From: Podarcis muralis
Taxonomy: Eukaryota
Direction: 5' to 3'
Assembly: GCF_964188315.1 (NCBI RefSeq)
Contig: NC_135655.1
Location: 82,584,001 to 82,648,000 of the forward strand
DNA: 64,000 nucleotides
Both the position numbers and the translations under genes were made by a program. The notes below the pieces were generated by a model that was not told where the DNA came from, ran no database searches, and worked only from the letters and a program-made list of their open reading frames with translations. Below are positions 49,166-62,105 of the stretch, one piece after another. Every line of letters starts with the position of its first letter. The first letter of the stretch is position 1.

Positions 49166-50724
49166 CGTCTAGAGATACAAAGATACAAAGCGCCATGCCC
49201 CCCGGTCCTGTCTAGAGATACAAAGATACAAAGTGCCATGCCCCCCAGACCGACGCAACGCCCCTACGGGCGGCACACCACGCCCCCAGGACAACGCCAG
49301 CCCCGCCCCTGCCTGCTCTCCGCCCCCCGATGCCAGAGCATGAAGCTCCGCCACTGCCAGAAGTTTGGCTGTTGCATCCCGTTGACCTCTCATACCTGCA
49401 CCCAGGACCTAAGAGAGGGTGAGAGGGAGAAACATGTTTCTCTAGTCCTGCTCAAGCATTCCCCTCATTAGATTAGCATCCCCAAAGTGGAGAAGAGAAG
49501 GGTTCCACCTGCTGATCCCACCTCTGCCTTTGCATCCCCATCAGCTACATCCCTTGTTGTCCCTCTACAGAGGACTATCTGTAGAGGGCAGCGCGATTTC
49601 CATGCATAGACTGTGATGTGGAACCCAGTGCAAACAGAAATCCACATCACAGGATGAGCTTACACCTACAAGGCAGGCTCTCTGCTACAGACATGGTCCA
49701 TAATGCCTCAAAGCAGAGCCTATGTCTACTCTTCATCCAAAATCAAAGGTCCCCACAGCAGCTCACAAATATCAATAATACAATCTAAAGAGGGATAACA
49801 CGAAGGAAGAGGGTATGAGAAGAATGGGGGGGGGGGACAAACTCAGCACTAGTTTTTAATTGCAGCATTCTTGGAACAACCTGCTGGAAGGGAATGAGCT
49901 CAGGAAGCTGAAAGTCACTGATCCCACTGCTGAGCTTATAGAGAGCTTCTACAATTCCATCTCTCCCCCTGCTGTAGCTTAATGGAAAGGAAGCAGCAGT
50001 CTGACTGGGGGAAGGGGGCAGCTGTTTAATAGTCCCACTTCAGAACCTTCTGAATAGCCTCATGGCAAGCAGGAGAGCTTGACTGTAAGGGGCAGCTGAG
50101 CATATGTGTGGCAAAGCATGCTTGCTTTGCCTCAGCAAGTCCAGAGACTATTGATTGATTGTCACAATTAAGCATGGGATCTCAACTGTAAAAACTGGAG
50201 CTTAAAACAGCTTTCATAGTATGATTCATAAGAAGCACTTCATTATCTTTAAAATAACTCTGCAAAATGCACAAAACTGTCATGGTTTAATTACCATGCT
50301 CTGCAGACAATACTCCTGAGATCTTATGGTGCCATATCCTTCAGAGGTTATGCCCCAAGGGCTCGAAAAAGGAGCATATATATATAGCATTTTTTCCAGC
50401 TTAGGAGCAAATTGTGAATTCAGAGAAGGAAAATAAGGGAGCCAAAGGTATGTTGAATGGGTCTGCATTTTTGTTCAGAAGACTAACTATCGCAATTTTA
50501 TTTTTCAGCATTAGTTAACTAATATTGAGGCCCTATGTGGCAACAGCAACAGACCATATGCACCACCTGATGGCTAACTGAATTTCATGGAGCAATCTGT
50601 AAGATTACATTTTTATACATTTTTGCCCATCTACTAGGTCTTAGGTACCATTTATATAGTGTTTTCATATAATTCTCTCTTTAAACCATAACATGCTGTA
50701 AATTTTATATCCGTGTTCCACAGT

Positions 50725-53712
50725 CATAGAATCATAGAATCATAGAGTTGGAATAGACCACAAGGGCCATCGAGTCCAACCCCCGGCCAAGCAGGAAACA
50801 CCATCAGAGCACTCCTGACATATGGTTGTCAAGCCTCTGCTTAAAGACCTCCAAAGAAGGAGACTCCACCACACTCCTTGGCAGCAAATTCCACTGTTGA
50901 ACAGCTCTTACTGTCAGGAAGTTCTTCCTAATGTTTAGGTGGAATCTTCTTTCTTGTAGTTTGGATCCATTGCTCCGTGTCCGCTTCTCTGGAGCAGCAG
51001 AAAACAACCTTTCTCCCTCCTCTATATGACATCCTTTTATATATCTGAACATGGCTATCATATCACCCCTTAACCTCCTCTTCTCCAGGCTAAACATGCC
51101 CAGCTCCCTTAGCAGTTCCTCATAAGGCATCGTTTCCAGACCTTTGACCATTTTGGTTGCCCTCCTCTGGACACGTTCCAGTTTGTCAGTGTCCCTCTTG
51201 AACTGTGGTGCCCAGAACTGGACACAGTACTCCAGGTGAGGTCTGACCAGAGCAGAATACAGTGGCACTATTACTTCCCTTGATCTAGACGCTATACTCC
51301 TATTGATGCAGCCCAGAATTGCATTGGCTTTTTTAGCTGCCGCGTCACACTGTTGGCTCATGTCAGGTTTGTGGTCAACCAAGACTCCTAGATCCTTTTC
51401 ACGTACTGCTCTCAAGCCAGGTGTCACCCATCTTGTATTTGTGCCTCTCATTTTTTTTGCCCAAGTGCAATACTTTACATTTCTCCCTGTTAAAGTTCAT
51501 CTTGTTTGTTTTGGCCTAGTTCTCTAATCTGTCAAGGTCATTTTGAAGTGTGATCCTGTCCTCTGGGGTGTTAGCCACCCCTCCCAGTTTGGTGTCATCT
51601 GCAAATTTGATCAGGATGCCCTTGAGCCCATCATCCAAGTTGTTGATAAAGATGTTGAATAAGACAGAACCCTGTGGCACCCCACTAGTCACTCTTCTCC
51701 AGGATGAAGAGGAACCATTGATGAGCACCCTTTGGGTTCGGTCAGTCAGCCAGTTACAAATCCACTGAGTGGTAGCATAGTCAAGACCGCATTTTACCAG
51801 CTTCTTTACAAGAATATCATGGGGCACCTTGTCAAATGCCTTGCTGAAATCAAGGTAGGCTACATCCACTGCGTTCCCTTCTTCTACCAGGCTTGTAATT
51901 CTGTCAGAAAACAAGATCAGGTTAGTCTGACATGACTTATTTTTCAGAAATCCATGCTGACTATTGGTGATCACAGCATTCCTTTCTAGGTGCTCACAGA
52001 CTGTTTGCTTAATGATCTGCTCCAGAATCTTCCCTGGTATTGATGTCAGACTGACTGGGCGATAATTATTTGGGTCCTCTCTTTTCCCCTTTTTGAAAAT
52101 AGGGACAACATTTGCCCTCCTCCAGTCTGCCAGGACTTCGCCTGTTCTCCAGGAATTCTCAAAGATGACTGCCAGTGGTTCTGAGATCACATCTGCCAGT
52201 TCTTTTAATACTCTTGGATGCAGTTCATCTGGCCCTGGAGACTTGAATACATCTAAACTAGCCAAGTATTCTTGTACTCTGTCCTTAGTTATTCTGGGCT
52301 GTGTTTCCTCTGCTGAATCATTTGCTCCAAATTCTTCAGGTCGGGCATTGTTTTCTTTATCGGAGAAGACTGAGGCAAAGAAGGCATTGAGGAGTTCAGC
52401 CCTTTCTGTGTCCCCTGTTTGCATTTCACCATCTTCTCCTCTGAGTGACCCCACTGTTTCTTTGTTCTTCCTTTTGCTACGGACATACCCATAAAAGCCT
52501 TTTTTGTTGCTTTTAACCTCTCTAGCAAGCCTGAGCTCATTCTGTGCTTTAGCTTTTCTGACTTTGTGTCTACATGTGCTGGCTATTTCTTTGAATTCCT
52601 CTTTGGTGGTTTCCCCCCTTTTCCATTTTTTGTACACATCCTTTTTTAATCTTAACTCAGTTAAAAGTTCTTTAGATAGCCACCCTGGCTTCTTTAGGCA
52701 CCTTCCATGTTTCCGTCTCATTGGTATTGCCTGAAGTTGTGCTTTTACTATCTCCCTCTTAACAAACTCCCAGCCATCATGAATTCCCTTTCCTTTTAGT
52801 ATTACTGTCCATGGGATCTCACCCAGCACTTCCCTAAGTTTTATGAAGTCGGCTTTCTTAAAGTCAAGAAATTGAGTCCTAGTATGCTTGGCTGCTCCTT
52901 TCCGCTGTATAGTAAACTTCAGAAGAGCATGATCACTCGCGCCTAATGATCCTTCCACTTCTACCCCACTAACCAGGTCATCAACATTGGTTAGGACCAG
53001 ATCTAAAATGGCTGTTCCTCTTGTTGCTTCTCCCACTTTCTGGACAATGAAGTTGTCTGCAAGGCCAGTGAGGAATCTGTTTGACCTTATGCTCTTGGCT
53101 GAGTTTGACATCCAACAAATATCCGGGTAATTGAAGTCCCCCATTACTACTATCTCCCTTCCTTTTGCATGCTTGGCCATCTGTTCCAGGAAGGCATCAT
53201 CTATGTCCTCCGTTTGGCTTGGGGATCTATAGTAAACTCCCACAATGAGGTCTCTATTATTCTTCTCTCCCTTAATTTTGACCCAAATGCTCTCACTTTG
53301 GCTTTGAGGTTCTAAATCTTGGATCTCTTCACAGGTATACACATCCCTGACATATAACGCCACTCCTCCTCCTTTCTTGTCTGGTCTGTTTCTCTGAAAT
53401 AGATTGTATCCCTCCATTATTACATTCCAATCATGAGACTTATCCCACCAGGTTTCAGTGATGCCTATTATGTCATATTTAGTTTGCTGTACCAAGAGCT
53501 CAAGCTCATCTTGTTTATTTCCCATGCTTTGCGCATTAGTGTACAGACATTGAAGTCCATTAATCATTCCCCCGTGTCTCTTATTTAAGGATTTTTTCCT
53601 CCCACCACTAGGTCTGCGTGCTGTTTGCTCCATTTGGTCTATGACATTTGGATGATCATCTTCATCAATTGATAGACTCCTACCTTCAGGAGCACTGTCT
53701 CCCTCCCCCACA
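50725..53712 (-). mobile_element. CR1 LINE, 5'-truncated, near-complete ORF2
   Basis: 731-aa APE-RT ORF ([31 protein letters not shown]) plus a C-terminal fragment at 50804-51451. TGG>TAG stop at 51516, a 2-bp deletion near 51403, and a (ATTCTATG)n tail. Confidence 0.95.
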
Positions 53713-54502
53713 TTCCCATGCTTCCATTTCTATATTATGTGTGTTTTTTAGATTCAAGAAACATAGCCTCTGTTCATACACAGAGTCCTGTCCTTAAGAT
53801 AAAGTGGATGTGTGCAGATACCTTGGCAGTACTGAGTGAGTTCTTTTTGTTGAAACTAGGAGCGATTCCTTTCACAGCCATCCATCTACATCCTGGATGG
53901 CTCCAGGCAAAAACGTTACTCTTTGACCAGGCCTTTGTGTAATTAACATCCAATGCCATTTTAAAATGTGTTCAGGAGGGAGGGGTTACTGGGTTGGTTT
54001 TTGTTTTTGTTATGTATTTTGATATTGTGATTTTATGTTGTAAACACCCTGAGACCTGCACATACAGGGCGGTATACAAATTTGTTTGTTTGTTTGTTTG
54101 TTTGTTTGTTTAGAATCCTGACAAAAGCCGAGACATTCAGCATCAAATAAGGAGGGGGGTGGAGTTCCTTCCCCAGCTGTGTGTTAGTTAGCAGAAGACA
54201 ACAACAGATGAAAGGAAAAGAGAGAAACAATGGCCCATATCATTTCCTGATACAGGTCGGTGACTATAACTGATTTTCATCCTCTGAACATTTGTTCCCA
54301 TCACCACCTAACAGTGCTTCTTTCAAATTATACGGTGCTGCCCATTTGAAATTGATACCTTCCTTTCTTTATTGTCGTAGCTGCTGACCTACTTTTGTGG
54401 TGCCTGCTTTATTGAAAAGTATGTTGCCTTTCTTTCCCTAAGCACACTGAGTTCTGCAGTCCAGCTTCTGCCTCCTTCCAGTACCTAACATATTGCAAAG
54501 AG

Positions 54503-55453
54503 ATGTCAGATGGTAATGAAACCACAGTGACCCATTTTGTCCTCTTGGGCTTTGCCAGCAGCCCAGCTATTCAAGTCGTCCTCTTCATGGTATTCCTGAT
54601 GCTCTACAGCTTGGTTCTGCTGGGGAACATTGGGCTGATGGTTCTGATCAGAACCAGCCCCCAGCTCCAGTCCCCTATGTACTTCTTCCTTAGCAATTTG
54701 TCATTGGTTGACCTCTGCTATTGCTCTGTGATCGTCCCAAAGATGCTCATCAATTTCTTGGCAACAAAAAAGGGTATTTCGTATGCCGGCTGCGGACTGC
54801 AGTTTTATTTCTTCTGCACTTTTGCTGACACTGAGTCTTTCATCCTCGCTACTATGGCATATGATCGGTACGTAGCCATCTGTAACCCACTTCTTTATAC
54901 CGTCATCATGTCACCAAGGCTCTGCTTCCTCCTGGTTGCCCTCTCTTACCTTGGCGGTACATTGAGTGCCCTGGTCCACACCTGCTTTGCCTTCAGGCTC
55001 TCCTTCTGTGGCCCAAATGTCATCAACCACTTCTTCTGTGACCTTCCATTGCTTCTGAAGCTGTCGTGCTCAGACACCTCCCTCAATGAGCTCCTGCTCT
55101 ACACATATGGGAGCTCAGTGGAAATCATGTCCTCCATCATCATCATCATCTCCTACGTCCTCATTGTCATCTCGGTCCTGAAGATGCACTCCGCTACGGC
55201 AAGAAGCAAGACGTTCTCCACCTGTGCCTCTCACTTGACCTCCGTCATCATCTATGAAGGGACACTCCTCTTCATCTATTCCCGCCCCAGCTCCTGGTAC
55301 TCACCCACCTCTGACAAATACATCTCTGTCTTCTACACCATTGTTATCCCTGTACTGAACCCCTTAATCTACAGTCTGAGGAACAAAGATGTGAAGAATG
55401 CCCTCCGGAGAACAATAGTCACTAAAGTCTTTGTTCGGGTGTCTCATAACTGA
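54503..55453 (+). CDS. OR5I1: Olfactory receptor 5I1-like
   Basis: [35 protein letters not shown] and [25 protein letters not shown] match distinctive stretches of human OR5I1 as I recall it. Orthology is not tested. Confidence 0.85.
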   Translation: MSDGNETTVTHFVLLGFASSPAIQVVLFMVFLMLYSLVLLGNIGLMVLIRTSPQLQSPMYFFLSNLSLVDLCYCSVIVPKMLINFLATKKGISYAGCGLQFYFFCTFADTESFILATMAYDRYVAICNPLLYTVIMSPRLCFLLVALSYLGGTLSALVHTCFAFRLSFCGPNVINHFFCDLPLLLKLSCSDTSLNELLLYTYGSSVEIMSSIIIIISYVLIVISVLKMHSATARSKTFSTCASHLTSVIIYEGTLLFIYSRPSSWYSPTSDKYISVFYTIVIPVLNPLIYSLRNKDVKNALRRTIVTKVFVRVSHN

Positions 55454-55619
55454 GAGACTGTCGAAAGAAGAATCATAGAAATTTATTTATTTATTTATTT
55501 ATTTATTTGTGTGGAGCAATTGTTCCTTGTTCCTGGAATGGCTTTTTCCCAGTCAGTTCTAACAATACAGTCCATAAAATCTAAAAGACAGGACACAAAA
55601 AGGGAAAGGGACGGTGCAG

Positions 55620-56095
55620 TGCGGGGACAAATTCAGACACCAATTGTGGACCCAGGCGCAGGGTCCATGTGGCCAATGGAGCCTAAAGAGAGGGAAATAA
55701 TAAGGCATGAGACAACTGGTATTGGGTTCAAAGTGGCCACAACTTTATTGATTGCAAATCAAAACTTGATTAAGTAGGTTTTGGAAAAAGGCATCAGATA
55801 TGTATCCTGAATCAACCACCCAGCCTTCTGGTTTATTATTTTCAGCTGGGTTAACTCTGGGTTAAGAATCACCCTATGACAGACATCAAATCAGATCAAT
55901 CCCTCCAGGACTGCCATTTTGGATGGGTGCTATAGCCCATGGTCCCTCATCTGGGCTCCTGGGCAAAGCACTCCTTCCTGAATCCCTTTAGTGAGACACT
56001 GTCAGGGGCTTGTTGGATGCAGAGGAATAGTGGGAGGAACCAGCTGGGGAACCCCAAGAGGGAAAGGCTCAGAGCCCAGGCAGACCCTCCAAGTG
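55620..56095 (-). mobile_element. LTR-like element (ERV-type solo LTR, approximate)
   Basis: TG..CA ends and a minus-strand AATAAA at 55744-49. Confidence 0.45.
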
Positions 56096-56096
56096 C

Positions 56097-56399
56097 CCCT
56101 ATTTTCCAGGGACATCCCAGACTTAGAAAAGCAGTCCCAGTTTCTGATTTGATCCCAGAATGCCCCACTTTTCCTTAGGATGTCCCTATTTTCATTGGAG
56201 AAATGTTGGAGGGTATGGAGTTATCAGGCCATTTGAAGGCAATCCTGTATAGTTTTTTAATGTTTAATGTTTTTAATGTTTTAATATATGTTGGAAGCTG
56301 CTGGGGCGATCCAGTAGTATGTGTGGGGTATAAATAGTAAAATTATCATTGTGGAATGGGACACCCCTATTTTCGTCTGAGAAATGTTGGAGGGTATAC
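56097..56399. mobile_element. hAT-like MITE end(s)
   Basis: Two copies of CCCTATTTTC..GAGAAATGTTGGAGGGTAT, with an L2-type tail fragment between them. Confidence 0.55.
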
Positions 56400-56767
56400 C
56401 CAGGATGTGGTGGTGGTCAATGAGTGGTCAGAGGGAGAAGAGGAAGAAGACTGAAAGGAGGAGGTATCAGAAGCTGAAGATATAACAGGAGTTAGTGAGC
56501 TGGGAGAGTCTGTGACAGAGGAGTCCAGATGTAGAAGCAGGAGAGTGGGATGAGGGAGGCCAAGAGGCAGAGATGAGTCAGGCTGGTGAAGAAACATGGG
56601 TGTCTACCCCTCCTGCTGTGACAGGCTCCCCTTCCCTCCCCTTCCGGTCTCCAAGGACCAAGAGAGGCAAGACAGACATGCAGGTACAATCTCAGATTGC
56701 TTGGATGAAACCCTGGTGTAATCATCTCAGGCAGGCAAGCAAGCTCCAATAAGAATTAATGAGTCTC

Positions 56768-57122
56768 TGGCAGTTTTATGTATATTTATTTACATCCAGA
56801 AAGTGGCTCCAAGTCTTCTGCCATTAGCTACGAGTTGGTCACCCCCTTCCTGCTATCAACCGAAGATCCCTCTAAAAGCTGCCTGTTTCCTGGATGCATG
56901 GCAACCCCCTCAATGTCATCTATCTCCTCCCCTCCCTCTGCCTATGAGTTTTCCGAGCCTGGGAACTCTTGGTGAGGGGGGGGCGAACTAGCCCACTCCT
57001 GCTCTGACTGTGGCTGCAATTCCTCATCTCCAGAATCAGACTCTGTCTCCCTTTGTACAGGCATCCCTTCATCTCCAGAATCTGACCCTTCCCAGGCATT
57101 CGATTCAGCCACATCCCTAACA
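56768..57122 (-). mobile_element. LTR-like element with acidic SDSGDE repeats
   Basis: TG..CA ends, duplicated TCAGATTCTGGAGATGA motif, and AATAAAT near the 3' end. A related purine-rich segment lies at 56400-56760 on the plus strand. Confidence 0.4.
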
Positions 57123-57197
57123 ACTGGAGACAAGAGGACTTAGGCAGCTGTAGGAAGGCAGGTAGCTTCAGTCTCCCCAACTGCCTCACAGGGGTGT

Positions 57198-57790
57198 TGT
57201 AAACAAAATCTGCCCTTATTCCCTTATGGGGTACACAAGAGCCCTTTGTAGGTTCCCTATTGGTAGGAGAAAATAACAGAGGCCAACCAGAGAATATTGT
57301 GAAGCAAAGCAGCTAGTAAGCCTGATCTTTATTAAAGCTGTTGCAACAGGGTGCTCCCCTCACACGGAGGAGGAGGAGGACCCAGAACAAAGGTGTGCCC
57401 ACCCTTATATAGGCATTTTCCCTGCCCTGGAGCTCCAGACCACCCCTCCATACATCATACATACATCACAGAAGGGGTGTAGCCCAAGACCACCCCCCAC
57501 AAACATCATACCTACATCACAGAAAAGGGGGTCTACAACAAACATTTGAATGTTGTTGTTTTTCCTGTCTGGCAGGTTATCTGATAATGCCTTATCTGAT
57601 TGCCTTTTCTAGTAGTCTGGCCATTCCTTTGAGATGGTAATTACTTAATTCCTGAGACAATGGGAAGGTTCCCTCACCCCCTCTCTCCTTGCAGAGAAAC
57701 ATTTGGTCAGTTTGGGAGTCAAAATGGTTTCAGGACTGTCTTCCTGTGCTGCTTCAGATATGTGGTTTATATATTTATGTACGTGTTTGC
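57198..57790 (-). mobile_element. ERV-like solo LTR (boundaries approximate)
   Basis: Minus-strand TATATAA (57405-11) about 75 bp upstream of AATAAA (57328-33), with an internal ~45-bp tandem repeat in the U3 region. Confidence 0.55.
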
Positions 57791-57793
57791 TGG

Positions 57794-58096
57794 TATTATG
57801 TACTGAGTTGAATAGGATCCAAAATACAGCAGTCTGATTGGTCCTAGAACAATTGGATTCAGAATGCAGCAGTCTGATTGGTCCACAGGAGCCACCTACG
57901 GTAATCCAGCTCCAGGTGGAAGTGAATCCGCAACCTGATTGGCCTACAGGAGAATCCCGGAATTAGCCAATCAGGTGGGGCCCATTGTGTAAATAATGTA
58001 TATAAAGCAGATATTGTGGGGGAACTTCCATTCCTCCTCACCACTATGAGCTGAATAAAAAGCATGAAATCCACTCTCGACTCTGAGTATATTTCA
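57794..58096 (+). mobile_element. Gypsy-type 5' LTR
   Basis: Several CCAAT boxes, TATAAA at 58001, AATAAA at 58054, ends ..TTTCA directly before a PBS. Confidence 0.8.
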
Positions 58097-58097
58097 C

Positions 58098-58115
58098 TGG
58101 CGACGAAGGTGGGAT
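58098..58115 (+). promoter_or_regulatory. Primer-binding site, tRNA-Ser(GCU)-type
   Basis: TGGCGACGAAGGTGGGAT is complementary to the ...CCCAC(C/T)(C/T)TCGTCG-CCA 3' end of vertebrate tRNA-Ser(GCU), from memory. Confidence 0.7.
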
Positions 58116-58221
58116 CCCGCTAAGATGACCACCACACATAGCACCTCAGTACCGCCACCTGCCACACCGCTGCCTTGCACCATGTATCCATGCTTCAGCT
58201 CCAGGCCCCAAGGAACTCAGA

Positions 58222-58779
58222 ATGGCAACCAACAGCAGCTTCTTGCCATTCAACCCAACATCAGGAGACTGGGAAGCATACGCTTCCCGTTTCACCTTCC
58301 TCCTAGAAACCAAAGGGGTCACCAACGAAGAAGACGCCAAAAAGAGGGCAATATTCTTCAGCGTCTGTGGAGAGGAGACGTTCGAAATCGCCCAGGCTCT
58401 CCTTGCGCCTGAAGACGTCACTACTGTTCCTTACAAAACAATAATGGAACGGCGGAAGGGGCACTTCTCGTCACAGCCCTCAGTGGTGGCTCGTCAAAAT
58501 GCCTTCTACGCAAAGCAGCAAGCCCCTGGAGAAACCATAACTGGGTTCGTGACATCCCTCTGCCAAGCCCCCCGTTCTGCAACTTCTCAGAGTTGGAGAA
58601 CATGCCTTGTGACCACCTCATCAGTGGCCTGAAGGATGAGAAGCTGCAACGATGCCTCTACATCAAGAAGGACCTAACATTCCAGGTCGCTCTGAAGGAG
58701 GCCCTAGCAACTGAAGCTGCCGAGAGGTCGACGCAAGAGGCACGGCCGAGCCTGCCACCCCAACCGAGGGTCCATCATG
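58222..58779 (+). pseudogene. Gypsy gag remnant, frameshifted and truncated
   Basis: FNP..DWEAY..RF..., QAPGETITGFV and LISGLKDEKLQ Ty3/Gypsy gag-like motifs immediately after the PBS. Confidence 0.8.
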
Positions 58780-59279
58780 TCTGCAAAAACAGAGACACTG
58801 AGATAACGTGTGCATATATATATTCATGAATATAAAATGCAAATATTGTTGCCAATGCAAGAGGCATCTCAACCACCATCTTAAAACACCACGGTAGTGT
58901 TTGTTTGTTTGTTTGTTTGTTTGTTTGTTTGTTTGTTTGTTTGCCCAAGTATCAGTACTTAGGTTCATGATGTGATATCTTCACAAAGGAAATGATCATC
59001 AGAGGGCTGTGAAGCACAAAGAGGACAAACAGAACAAATTTGCTGCTGCTGGGTCCTACATGGTCCAACTGGATTTGATGAGGAAGCAAACAAAGTACAA
59101 TTTGTTACATGCCATCATGGACTGAAAGAGAGTGCATGCCTTAGTATTTTGGCAGAATCCATGAGCCTTGCCATTGATTGGTGGTGAGGTCTCACTATCA
59201 TTGACAGGAAGAATCCAGACCAGGGTGTAGACGTTATAGTAGACCTAGATAGTTGAAACTGACTATACAAAAATCAAAA

Positions 59280-59459
59280 GGGAAGTTTTAGAGGTTTCTT
59301 GCAGCCAATTAAAATGTAATTATTAATCAAAACAACCATGGATATCTGGGGTATTCAGTGGCATCAGGGATGATGTCCCAGGTGCTCGCAGCTAGCATTT
59401 AAGGTCTCTCCCCCTACTCAGTTTCTGAAAGCAGAGGAACCTCCCAGTCTGCATCTCAG
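59280..59459 (+). promoter_or_regulatory. Predicted promoter and non-coding exon 1 of the OR at 60143
   Basis: Homologous to the reverse complement of 33493-33670. Homeodomain-like CAATTA/TAATTA, O/E-like CATCAGGGA, GCATTTAAG, and donor CAG|GTAAGT at 59460. Acceptor at 60088. Confidence 0.65.
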
Positions 59460-60142
59460 GTAAGTTCACTAAATAAGAAAGAGATATTTAGTGTATGGTT
59501 CTGCTATAACATCGCCAGACCTCTGGTAAAGGGTCTAAAGCCCTGAATCTGTCCTCCATTGACACTGTTCTTCAAAAGAAAAAAACTCTCTTGCGGACAC
59601 ACTTGAAGAGCCCCACACTCTCATGGACGAAGACAATAGCAAAGGTAGGTGGAACAAACTCAAGAAGACAACTGTTGGGATTGAAAATTGGCCACAACTT
59701 TGTACATTACAGATATAGATAGGGTTGTCATATGGATGGGACTCTGGCGTGCGCAGCTTGGGCTCAGCAGTGGCTGAGGGATTCTTCAGCAATTGCCCTT
59801 AAAAAAGCTCAAGAACGTTTTGTATATGGATTTTTACCTCTTCAAATATGGCAAACCTAAGGTAGGCTTTGCTCAGGCTTTGCGGGTGTATATACATTAT
59901 CAGTCTCCCAAAGGAAAGCTGAAACAAGGATGTGCCAGGGATGTGGAGCATAGCTGGTGCTGTGTTAAACTAGTGCAGTGAGCTTGTGATGGCCATTATC
60001 TTGACTCCAGGACTGCTGTTGTTTCTAAACAAAAAGGAAGTTGGATGGAGCGGTCAAAAACACAAATCTCCTTTCTTCCCTTCTCAAGGAAAAGTCAGGG
60101 AAAAGAAAAGAATCATCCTGAGCCCAGCACTGATTGAGGGAA

Positions 60143-61114
60143 ATGATGGATCAAGGAAATAATTCTGTCGTAACAGAATTCATTCTTCTGGGATTCACAG
60201 ATGATCCAGAAATGCAGCTCCCTCTTTTTATGCTCTTCCTACTGATTTATGTCATCACTGTAATCTGGAATGTGGGGATGATTGTCTTAATTTGCGCTGA
60301 GCCTCAGCTTCACAACCCCATGTACTTTTTCCTGGGCAACCTCTCTTTTGCTGACCTCTGCTACTCCTCAGCCATTGCTCCCAAAATGCTGGCTGACCTC
60401 TTAGTTGAGACCAAAAGGATTTCATTCAATGCCTGCGCTATACAGCTATATATACTTTCCTTTTTTGTAGATGTTGATTGCCTTTTGCTGGCTTTGATGG
60501 CCTATGACAGGTACATGGCCATCTGCAATCCCCTTCACTATTCAGTCCTTATGTCCAAAAGAGTCTGCGGACGGTTGATGGCTATGGCTTACTTCATAGG
60601 CATGGCAGATGCAATGATACACACTTGCTGTACATTCCAACTACCATTCTGCAAGTCTAATATCATCAATCATTTCTTCTGTGATGAGCCTGCTCTTCTA
60701 TTGCTCTCTTGCTCTGACACATACAACAATGAGCTCATTTTATTTGTCTTGTTTGGTTGTATTTTAGCCAGCAGCCTTGGCATGGTTCTTGTTTCCTACG
60801 TCTACATCTTGGGCACAATTGTAAGAATGCGCTCTGCTGAAGGCAGACGCAAAGCCTTTTCTACCTGCGCCTCCCACCTTACAGCCGTTGGGATATTCCA
60901 TGGGACAATACTCTTTATGTATTTTCGGCCCAGCTCCACTCTTTCCTTGGACCAAGACAAATGGGCTTCGGTGTTCTATACAGTAGTGATCCCCATGCTC
61001 AATCCTCTGATCTACAGTCTGAGGAACAAGGATGTGAAGGCTGCCCTGACAAAAGCACTTGCCAACTTAAGGCTTTTGGAAGGGAGTCTTAAGTCTTGCA
61101 AAGCTGTGTTCTGA
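60143..61114 (+). CDS. Olfactory receptor, OR5W/OR5AR-like (paralog of the gene at 31301)
   Basis: Canonical motifs. ATG at 60143/60146 (MMDQGNNS). Long identical stretches with the 30315-31301 gene. Confidence 0.95.
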   Translation: MMDQGNNSVVTEFILLGFTDDPEMQLPLFMLFLLIYVITVIWNVGMIVLICAEPQLHNPMYFFLGNLSFADLCYSSAIAPKMLADLLVETKRISFNACAIQLYILSFFVDVDCLLLALMAYDRYMAICNPLHYSVLMSKRVCGRLMAMAYFIGMADAMIHTCCTFQLPFCKSNIINHFFCDEPALLLLSCSDTYNNELILFVLFGCILASSLGMVLVSYVYILGTIVRMRSAEGRRKAFSTCASHLTAVGIFHGTILFMYFRPSSTLSLDQDKWASVFYTVVIPMLNPLIYSLRNKDVKAALTKALANLRLLEGSLKSCKAVF

Positions 61115-62105
61115 TGACCCCTGGTATTGATAAGTATCTTATCAGGGCTTTATCAGAGAGGATATCAGCACTGGAAGAGATACTTCCTCATAACTGACCG
61201 CGGATGTTTTAGTATTTCAAGCAAAATGTATGGCAACCGAATGCCACTGGCCCCTCCCCACAGATTTGAACCTGCCCACCGCCACTGCCCCCTCATATTG
61301 TGCTGCCACCGCTGCCCCCTTGCCAGCACAGCCATAGTGCACCTCAGGCACAACAAGGAGGGTGTAGCAGCAGGGGCACAGCCACAGGGGCCCAGGCACA
61401 GAGGAGGAGGTAAACAGTGTGCTCCTCAGGTCCAGATCCGCTGCCTGAGACAACAGCTTCACCTCATGAGGAGGTCAGACCTGTGCTTCCTGAAAAGACA
61501 AGTTTCCTGCTACTTAAAAAAATGAGTAATCTTCCCTTTAAGCAACCCTTCTTTTGCTCTTCGGTTTAAGAATAATGCTTCATCTGTGTGGCAAACTGCA
61601 GTGGTGGGCCCATTTTCTTTGAAATGAATGTGCCGACCACTGCCAAACTTTCTGTGCTATATGTGGCTGGAAGAGGGCAGTGGGCAAGTCCCTGAGCACA
61701 CTCAGTTCACCCAGAACAACTTGGAGGCCCAGCAAGCTTGGCCACCACTCACAGTAAACGGTATGTTTGCTAAAACACACCCCAGAATTTTCTACAGCAA
61801 GCACTGGTTCCTTGGCAGATAATGTGGAGACGTCACCCAGAAGGCAAAAAGGGAAAACCACTGGCTGTACAAACCATACGATTTTTTAAAAAATGCCCAT
61901 ATGTAACAGTTCATACATCAGCAAAATATGTGTGTCACTTCTGTCTTTTTCGAACTATCTGGGTAGCATGTTGTAATCCAGGTATTTCCCCAGATCCTGT
62001 CTGTCCCCAAGGTTGAGCAGATTTAAATCACTTCATTTCAATGGGATAGACAGGCAAATGCTAAACTGTACCCTGTTGATATGAGTCAAGGAGACTTAAA
62101 AGGTT

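Noticed and set aside
61127-61525. 132-aa ORF or GC-rich segment downstream of the last OR
   Set aside because: No protein motif. It may be a MITE remnant, but termini could not be defined.
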